Positions 52,294-64,000 of a DNA stretch of 64,000 nucleotides are shown piece by piece. Origin of the DNA: Pseudomonas aeruginosa PAO1 (lineage in GTDB: Bacteria; Pseudomonadota; Gammaproteobacteria; Pseudomonadales; Pseudomonadaceae); the NCBI RefSeq assembly GCF_000006765.1, contig NC_002516.2; one strand, 5' to 3'. Position 1 is the stretch's first letter, and the number at the start of each line of letters is the position of its first letter. The notes beneath the pieces were generated by a model. That model was not told where the DNA came from. It saw nothing but the letters and a program-made list of their open reading frames with translations, and did no database searches. Position numbers and translations under genes: made by a program.

Positions 52294-52329
52294 AAACGCC
52301 GCTTACCCAGGTAAGCGGCGTTTCTTTTT
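52294..52329. terminator. Bidirectional terminator between hitB and the MCE gene
   Basis: AAACGCCGCTTAC-CCAG-GTAAGCGGCGTTT plus T tract. Confidence 0.8.
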
Positions 52330-52342
52330 GCCGGTCCGACAA

Positions 52343-54649
52343 TCAGCGGCGGGCGGTTTCCTTCAAAGGAATCTTCGGCGCCCACTCCAACCATTCGTCA
52401 TTGGCCGAATCGAACAGGGCGAAGGTCTGCCCCGGCTTGGCGGGCTCGCCCATCTGCGCATTGTTCGGGGTGGCGAAGGCAATGCCGCCCTCCATCAGCG
52501 CCTCCATCGACTCGGTGCGTAGCGACAGGCCCTTGAACAGGCTGGCGTCGACGCCGAAGCCGCTGGCATTCCAGAAACGGCTGCCGGTACGCACCAGCGG
52601 TACGTAGCGCGGTTCGATGAGGATGCTGATCAGCACCCGGTCGGCCTGTTCGCCCAAGGCCAGGTCGACGACCTTGCCCACCGGGATCTGCCGGTAGGTC
52701 ACCAGGTTGCCCGGCTTGATCGAGCCCTTGCGCGGCGCACTGAGGGTCAGCCGCAGGCCGTTTTCCCGACCCAGCAGGTTGGGTGCTTCGGCGAGAGTCT
52801 GGAAGCGTGCCTGGCGCTCGCCCGGCGTGCTCGACGGCAGCGCCTCGATATAGGGGCCGCTGACCAGGGTTCCGAGGTTCTCGGTACGCAGCAGGCCGAG
52901 CGCCGGACGCACCACCCAGAAGCGGGTTCCGCTGCGGGCGACGCGCTCGCCGGCGGAAGTCAGGCGGGCCTTCATCAGTACCCCGGAGAGGTCCGGGTTC
53001 AGCTCGACGCTTTCGATCTTGCCGATGTCCAGGCCCTTGAAGCGGATCGGCGTGCCTTCGCGCAGGCCGTCGGCATTGTCGATGCTCAGCTGGATTTCCA
53101 CGCCACGGGCCATCGCCGCCTCCTCGCTGTCGAAGAGGGTGAAGCGACGCACCTTGGTCACGGTCGGCGCCTTCGGATCGAGGGTGTCGAAGGAAATCCC
53201 GCCGGTGATCAGGGTCTGTAGCGACTCGCTCTTCACCTGCACGCCGCTGAGGTTGCCGGTCAGGGTGATCCCGCTGGAGTTCCAGAAGCGCGTCGAGGTA
53301 TTCACCAGGTGCGCGTACTCCGGCTCGATGTGCACACCCACCACCACTCGCTGGCGGTCGCGCGACAGCTGGTAGCTCTGCACGCTGCCGACGCGGACCT
53401 GGCGGTAGAGGATCGGCGCGCCGATATCGATCGAGCCGAGCTTGTCGCTGGTCAGCACCAGGTGCAGGCCGGGCGCGTCGGTGTTCAGCGGCGGCGCTTT
53501 CGGGCGGATGGTGAACTCGCGACTCGGCGCGCCGCTCTTGGCGAAGCGCACGTCGATATAGTTACCTTTCACCAGGGCCTCGAGGCCGGTGATGCCGGCC
53601 AGGGAGATGCTTGGCTTGACGGTCCAGAATTCGGTGCCTTCCAGCAGCATGTCCTCGACCCGCGGATCCATCGCCAGGTCGGCAGTGGCGCTGCTGTAGT
53701 CCTTGCCCATGTCGATCGACTTGACCAGGCCGACCTGCACGCCGTTGAACATCACCGGAGTGCGGCCCGGATCGATACCACTGACGTCGTTCATCTTCAG
53801 CTTCACGCGCAGACCGGCCTGGGCCGCGTCGTAGTCGTCGTACAGGCGGAACGGCTTGCTCGGATCGGTCGGCGGGCTGTCGGTGCGGTTCTCCGGGGTG
53901 GAGAAGGCGATACCGCCGGCGACCAGGGTCAGCAGCGACTCGCTGTGCACCTTGAAGCCGGACAGGCCGCCGGAAATGGAGATGCCGCTGGCGTTCCAGA
54001 ATCGCGTGTGCTTGCGCACCAGGTCGGCGTAGGCCGGCTCGATGTGCACCTTGATCTCGATGGTCCTCTGGTCATCGCCTAACTGGAAGCTCTTCACCTG
54101 GCCGACCTGGATCTGCCGGTAGAACACCGGGCTGCCCTGCTCCAGGGAGCCCAGGCGATCGGCCTTGAGGGTCAGGTGCAGGCCGGGCAGCTTGTCGGAA
54201 AGGGGTGGCGGCTCCTTCAACGCGGTGAAGTAGCGTTCTTCCTTCTCGCCCTTCACCGGATCGACCGCGATGTAGACGCCGGAGACCAGGGTCTCCAGGC
54301 CGGTGACGCCAGCCAGGGAAACCCGCGGCTTGACCAGCCAGAAGCGGGTGTCCTTGCTCAGGTACTCCTGGGCTTCCTTCTTGATCTCGATGGTCGCGAC
54401 CACGCCCTTGATGTCCTTGCTGACATGCAGGTCGGTCACCTTGCCCACCGAGATGCCCTTGTACAGCACCTCGGTCTTGTTGGCCTGGATCCCGTCGCCG
54501 CTCTCGAAGCGAACCTGGATGTCCACGCCAGCCTGGTCGAAGGCACGCCACGCCAGCCAGGCACCGATGGCCAGGGCCACCAGCGGCAGCACCCAGATCG
54601 CCGACCAGTTCGAGGTCTTGTGTTTCTTCGGACTTGGCAGATCACTCAT
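52343..54649 (-). CDS. Multi-MCE-domain protein (PqiB/LetB family, six MCE repeats)
   Basis: N-terminal TM helix, then six repeats of the form G-x-x-x-G-x-P-V-x-(Y/F)-x-x-(I/V)-x-V-G-x-V; ATG 54649 overlaps the upstream stop. Confidence 0.88.
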   Translation of the reverse strand: MSDLPSPKKHKTSNWSAIWVLPLVALAIGAWLAWRAFDQAGVDIQVRFESGDGIQANKTEVLYKGISVGKVTDLHVSKDIKGVVATIEIKKEAQEYLSKDTRFWLVKPRVSLAGVTGLETLVSGVYIAVDPVKGEKEERYFTALKEPPPLSDKLPGLHLTLKADRLGSLEQGSPVFYRQIQVGQVKSFQLGDDQRTIEIKVHIEPAYADLVRKHTRFWNASGISISGGLSGFKVHSESLLTLVAGGIAFSTPENRTDSPPTDPSKPFRLYDDYDAAQAGLRVKLKMNDVSGIDPGRTPVMFNGVQVGLVKSIDMGKDYSSATADLAMDPRVEDMLLEGTEFWTVKPSISLAGITGLEALVKGNYIDVRFAKSGAPSREFTIRPKAPPLNTDAPGLHLVLTSDKLGSIDIGAPILYRQVRVGSVQSYQLSRDRQRVVVGVHIEPEYAHLVNTSTRFWNSSGITLTGNLSGVQVKSESLQTLITGGISFDTLDPKAPTVTKVRRFTLFDSEEAAMARGVEIQLSIDNADGLREGTPIRFKGLDIGKIESVELNPDLSGVLMKARLTSAGERVARSGTRFWVVRPALGLLRTENLGTLVSGPYIEALPSSTPGERQARFQTLAEAPNLLGRENGLRLTLSAPRKGSIKPGNLVTYRQIPVGKVVDLALGEQADRVLISILIEPRYVPLVRTGSRFWNASGFGVDASLFKGLSLRTESMEALMEGGIAFATPNNAQMGEPAKPGQTFALFDSANDEWLEWAPKIPLKETARR

Positions 54650-55262
54650 TCTCGTCATCCAGATTGGTGTTGTCCCAGATCAGCCGGGGGTCGAACGTCA
54701 CGGCGGCGAGCATGGTGAGCACCACCACGCTGGCGAAGGCGGCGGCGCCGAGGTTGGCCTCGATGCTCGCCAGGTTGCCGAAATTCACCAGCGCCACGAG
54801 GATGGCGATGACGAAGATATCGAGCATCGACCAGCGCCCGATCCATTCGATGAAGCGATACATCAGGATACGCTGGCGGGCCGACATCGGCTGGTGCCGC
54901 TGTACCGAATAGAGCAGCAGGGCGATGCCCACCAGCTTGAAAGTAGGAACCAGGATACTGGCGACGAACACCACCATGGCGATGGGGAACATGTCGGCAT
55001 GCACCAGTTCGACCACGCCCTCCATGATGGTGGCGGGCATTCCGCTGCCGAAGAGGTTGACCGTCATGATCGGCAACAGGTTGGCGGGTATGTAGAGAAT
55101 CGCCGCGGTGATCAGCAACGCCCAGGTGCGCGTGAGGCTGTTTGGGCGCCGGGCGTGCAGCACCGCACCGCAGCGGCTGCAACGCGGATGCTCGTCCCCG
55201 TCGGCGCGATTCAACTGGTGGCACTCGCCGCACACCAGGATTCCGGCATCAAGCGCGCGCAT
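54642..55262 (-). CDS. PqiA/LetA-family protein, C-terminal-half gene
   Basis: CGEC..CSRC, LYIPANLLPIM, GRWSMLDIF; own GAGG RBS. Confidence 0.85.
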   Translation of the reverse strand: MRALDAGILVCGECHQLNRADGDEHPRCSRCGAVLHARRPNSLTRTWALLITAAILYIPANLLPIMTVNLFGSGMPATIMEGVVELVHADMFPIAMVVFVASILVPTFKLVGIALLLYSVQRHQPMSARQRILMYRFIEWIGRWSMLDIFVIAILVALVNFGNLASIEANLGAAAFASVVVLTMLAAVTFDPRLIWDNTNLDDENE

Positions 55263-55905
55263 CGTCGTCCTCGCCGCCCAGCGCTTCCCATACCTGGTGC
55301 GGCGACATGGTGACCTCCAGCCAGACCTGGGTGAACAGCAGCGCCACGAAACAGGCCAGGCCGATGCCCAGGCTGAGGTCGGCCATGTCGATCAGCTTGA
55401 CGATGGAAACCAGGATACCCATGAGGTAGACCTCGAGCATCCCCCACTCGCGCAGATGGTGATAGCCGCGGTAGAGCAGCATGCCGATGTGGCGGGCGAT
55501 GCCGAAACGCACGCTGATCATCACCAGCAACTGGCAGAGCAACTTGACCAACGGGATCACCATGCTGCACAGGAATACCAGGATGGCGACGCCCTGCATG
55601 CCACTGTCGTAAAGACCGAGCACTCCCGTCCAGACCGTATCGCTGCGGGTCTGGCCGAGCAGGCTGAGATTCATGATCGGCAGGAAATTGGCTGGGATAT
55701 AGAGAAATAGCGCCGTCAGAACCAGCGCGAAGCAACGGCGTTTCCATTGATGGCGATGCGCGGCCAACTCGAAACCGCAGCGCGGACAATTGGCTTTCTC
55801 GCCCGGTCCCAGGGGTTCCCGGCGCATCAACAGATCACACTCATGGCAAGCAACCAGTTCTTCCAGGGGAAGATCCTGCAGGCCACGGACATCGGTATCG
55901 GACAT
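55249..55905 (-). CDS. PqiA/LetA-family protein, N-terminal-half gene
   Basis: CHEC..CPRC, LYIPANFLPIM, WGMLEVY. Confidence 0.85.
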   Translation of the reverse strand: MSDTDVRGLQDLPLEELVACHECDLLMRREPLGPGEKANCPRCGFELAAHRHQWKRRCFALVLTALFLYIPANFLPIMNLSLLGQTRSDTVWTGVLGLYDSGMQGVAILVFLCSMVIPLVKLLCQLLVMISVRFGIARHIGMLLYRGYHHLREWGMLEVYLMGILVSIVKLIDMADLSLGIGLACFVALLFTQVWLEVTMSPHQVWEALGGEDDDARA

Positions 55906-56060
55906 GAATGAGCTCGGCTGGATTTGTCGGCTATTGTAGACGAGCGCACAGTGCAAATCGCGTCTCCCATGCCCTCGGAAGTACGCCGCCCGGCAGCTCT
56001 CGAAGTTTTTCGATTACCGTCCGCAGCGCTGCTGGCTTGCCACTTTTCCGCGCGCAAAAG

Positions 56061-56094
56061 CAAAACCCCCGGTCATCGCTGACCAGGGGTTTTG
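56061..56094 (-). terminator. rrn terminator
   Basis: CAAAACCCC..GGTC/GACC..GGGGTTTTG hairpin immediately 3' of 5S. Confidence 0.75.
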
Positions 56095-56101
56095 GGATAG
56101 G

Positions 56102-56220
56102 AGCTTGACGATGACCTACTCTCACATGGGGAGACCCCACACTACCATCGGCGATGCGTCGTTTCACTTCTGAGTTCGGGAAGGGATCAGGTGGTTCCAA
56201 CGCTCTATGATCGTCAAGCA
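56102..56220 (-). rRNA. rrf: 5S rRNA
   Basis: TGCTTGACGATCATAGAGC..CCGAACTCAGAAGTGAAACG..GAGAGTAGGTCATCGTCAAGC. Confidence 0.97.
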
Positions 56221-56363
56221 ATTCGGTTGGATATCCGTTCGCTTGGGCTTACGTCTATCCGGATTCAGGTATGTGATTTCAAGGTGTTTTGCGGTTCATG
56301 CGAACTTTCGGTTCGTCGACTTCACCTTACAACACACAATCGTCAGATTGTTTGGGTGTTATA

Positions 56364-59253
<2,890 letters not shown>

Positions 59254-59479
59254 ATATAACCCCAAGCAATCTGGTTATACTGTGAAGACGACATTCGCCG
59301 AAAATTCGCGCTTGAACTCGCAAATTTTACCTTGACTTGAATGATCACCAGTGAAAGAGATCATTCAGTCTTACTTCTATCACATACCCGAATTTTTAAA
59401 GAACAGTTCTGGTGCAAAGACCAGAAATCAATGTTCATTCACGAACATTCATTTCTGAGCTTTCGACGATTGTTTTAGA

Positions 59480-59555
59480 TGGTGGAGCCAAGGAGGATCG
59501 AACTCCTGACCTCCTGCGTGCAAAGCAGGCGCTCTCCCAGCTGAGCTATGGCCCC
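59480..59555 (-). tRNA. tRNA-Ala (TGC)
   Basis: GGGGCCATAGCTCAGCTGGGAGAGCGCCTGCTTTGCACGC..CCA in the spacer. Confidence 0.97.
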
Positions 59556-59583
59556 GTATCGGATCACGCAGCACACCAACAAT

Positions 59584-59660
<77 letters not shown>

Positions 59661-59724
59661 AATCGTCTAACCAGTGAATCAAGCAATTCGTGTGGGAGCT
59701 TATGAAGAAGCTGAGATCTTCGAT

Positions 59725-61260
<1,536 letters not shown>

Positions 61261-61423
61261 AATACTGCTTGGGTTTTGAGAAAACCCTAAACTTGGCTCA
61301 GCAATCGCATTCTCTTAAAAAGAGATAAAACTCTCGAATTCACGAGTCTTACTTGCGTTGCTGATAATCTTGCGATCACCAGTCTTACATCACAAGCACC
61401 CACACGAATTGCTTGATTCGACT

Positions 61424-61435
61424 TGTTAAAGAGCA
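61424..61435 (-). promoter_or_regulatory. rrn antitermination boxA
   Basis: TGCTCTTTAACA on the minus strand; second copy TGTTCTTTAAAA in the spacer near 59394-59405. Confidence 0.8.
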
Positions 61436-61470
61436 GTTGGTCAAGGCTTTCGTCTCAACCGAGGCCGCGC

Positions 61471-61783
61471 ATTCTACAGCAACCTCTCGTTCCGTCAAGC
61501 GTTATTTTCGAAAATTTTCTTTTCTACTCAACCGCTTGCGCCGACCTTCAAACCATCTTCCGATCAGCGGGAGGCGCATTCTACAGCGTTCAAATTCGCT
61601 GTCAAGCACCTCGATGAAGCTTCGTTTCGAGCCCCTTTCGGGACCGAACCGCTGCGGCGAACAACCTGCCGGAGCGCTTCACCACCCCTGGGAGAGAATC
61701 CGTAAATCCTTGATTTTCAAGCATTTACTCTTCGTCGTCGCCGGGAGTGGTGCGCATTATAGGGAGATAGAAACTGGCGTCAA
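61471..61783 (-). promoter_or_regulatory. Three tandem sigma70 rrn promoters
   Basis: TTGACG-N16-TATAAT (61783-61756), TTGACA-N16-TAGAAT (61605-61578), TTGACG-N16-TAGAAT (61498-61471), each followed by a GCGC discriminator. Confidence 0.75.
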
Positions 61784-61802
61784 CACTTATTTGAAACTTT
61801 TA

Positions 61803-62410
61803 TTACGAAACACCGTGACGAGTTCGAAGCCTGGGCAGGCGGCGAGCGATCGAGGGTAGCCGCAGCAGCATGAGCGACGCACCAACCACAGCGTACAGGG
61901 TCCACTCCTCCAGGTCTGCCCGCACCACCCAGAGCATGTGCAACAAGCCGAGCCCAAGGATCAGGTAGACCAGGCGATGCAGCTTCTTCCAGCGGCTACC
62001 GAGCTTGCGCATGGCGAAGCGGTTGGAAGTGATCGCCAACAGGAACAGGCAGACGAATCCAAGCATTCCCACGATGATGTAGGGACGCTTGCTCAACTCG
62101 ATGCCCAACTGCCCCCAGTCCAACCCCAGGATGAACACGTAGTAAGCGCTCAGGTGCAGCAGCACATAGGTGAAGCACCACAACCCCAACTGGCGGCGCA
62201 CGGCGATCCAGCCCGGCCAGCCGCTCAGCTTCTGCAGTGGCGTCATCGCCAGGGTGAGTAGCAGCAATACCAAGGCGCCCAGCCCCAGTCGATCGACCAG
62301 GGTCTTGCCCGGGTCAGGTCCGAGGGCAAAGATCCAGGCTTGGTACAACCACCAGGCCGGCACCGCCAACGCCCCCAGGAATACCGCAAGGCGCAGATAC
62401 CAGTAGCGCA

Positions 62411-62411
<1 letters not shown>
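61803..62411 (-). CDS. msrQ: Heme-binding membrane subunit of the methionine sulfoxide reductase system
   Basis: [30 protein letters not shown]. Confidence 0.93.
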
Positions 62412-63424
<1,013 letters not shown>

Positions 63425-63484
63425 GACGGGCTCCGCAATGACCAGCTTTGTGCCAGTAGACTACGGAGCCCGTTGGAAATTACA

Positions 63485-64000
63485 TCAGCTCGGCTGCTTC
63501 CGGCGACGCAGTTGCAGCAGGTATTGCACAGGACCGGAGGCCGCGTAGGCAAGGAACAGCAACAGGAGGATGCGCGGCGGGTCGGTAAAGACCACGGCGA
63601 AGGCCAGCACCACGATAAGGATCGCCACGAACGGCACCCGGCCGCGCAGGTCGAGATCCTTGAAGCTGTGGTACTTGATGTTGCTGACCATCAGCACACC
63701 GGCGGCGGCGACCAGCAGGGCGACGAGGAAGGCAACCTTGGCGCCCTGGATCTCGAAATCGCTGAACGCCCATACCGTGCCCGCCACCAGCGCCGCGGCG
63801 GCCGGACTGGCCAGGCCGATGAAATAGCGCTTGTCGGCCTTGCCGACCTGGGTGTTGAAACGAGCCAGACGCAGGGCTGCGCCCGCAACGTAGATGAAGG
63901 CGACCATCCAGCCGACCTTGCCGAGGCTGCCAAGCGCCCATTCGAAGGCGACCAGCGCCGGCGCCACACCGAAGGCGACCATGTCGGACAGCGAGTCATA
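63485..64000 (-). CDS. pssA: CDP-diacylglycerol-serine O-phosphatidyltransferase (5' end outside the window)
   Basis: YDSLSDMVAFGVAPAL, ALRLARFN, FIGLASPAAA, LMVSNIKY. Confidence 0.92.
   Translation of the reverse strand, partial: YDSLSDMVAFGVAPALVAFEWALGSLGKVGWMVAFIYVAGAALRLARFNTQVGKADKRYFIGLASPAAAALVAGTVWAFSDFEIQGAKVAFLVALLVAAAGVLMVSNIKYHSFKDLDLRGRVPFVAILIVVLAFAVVFTDPPRILLLLFLAYAASGPVQYLLQLRRRKQPS

Noticed and set aside
54642-55905. Frameshifted pqiA pseudogene
   Set aside because: Each half is a complete domain with its own Cys motif and the second has an RBS, so a natural two-gene split is more likely; kept as a finding with that caveat

Overview
High-GC Pseudomonas aeruginosa chromosomal window. 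Gene order and proteins match, from memory and not a database search, the PAO1-type region PA4640 (mqoB) to PA4693 (pssA, truncated by the window edge). It is mostly core genome: mqoB; hpt/upp/uraA salvage genes; the cupE1-6 archaic chaperone-usher pilus operon; hemH plus a photolyase/MerR light-stress cluster; pagL; murI-moeB-prmC-prfA-hemA; lbcA-lolB-ispE-tRNA-Gln-prs-rplY-pth-ychF; tRNA-Met followed by a lower-GC island with higBA and a tyrosine-integrase remnant; chtA; can with a Cys-nucleophile peptidase; rimI/holD; three secreted DUF6160/FilA-like paralogues; mksFEB; hitAB; a split pqiA/letA plus a six-MCE protein; a full minus-strand rrn operon; msrPQ. No CRISPR array or intact mobile element was seen. 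Best leads: (1) three tandem secreted proteins sharing a post-signal-peptide L-x-D-x-x-L-x-D-V-x-G motif, with no local export machinery; (2) higBA bracketed by integrase-arm-like repeats and an integrase C-terminal relic at tRNA-Met, a layout like a Pf-prophage end; (3) a TGTACA-N12-TGTACA operator repeated in two promoters of the photolyase cluster, whose MerR regulator lacks the B12-ligating His; (4) a premature amber codon in a PhnB/VOC gene.
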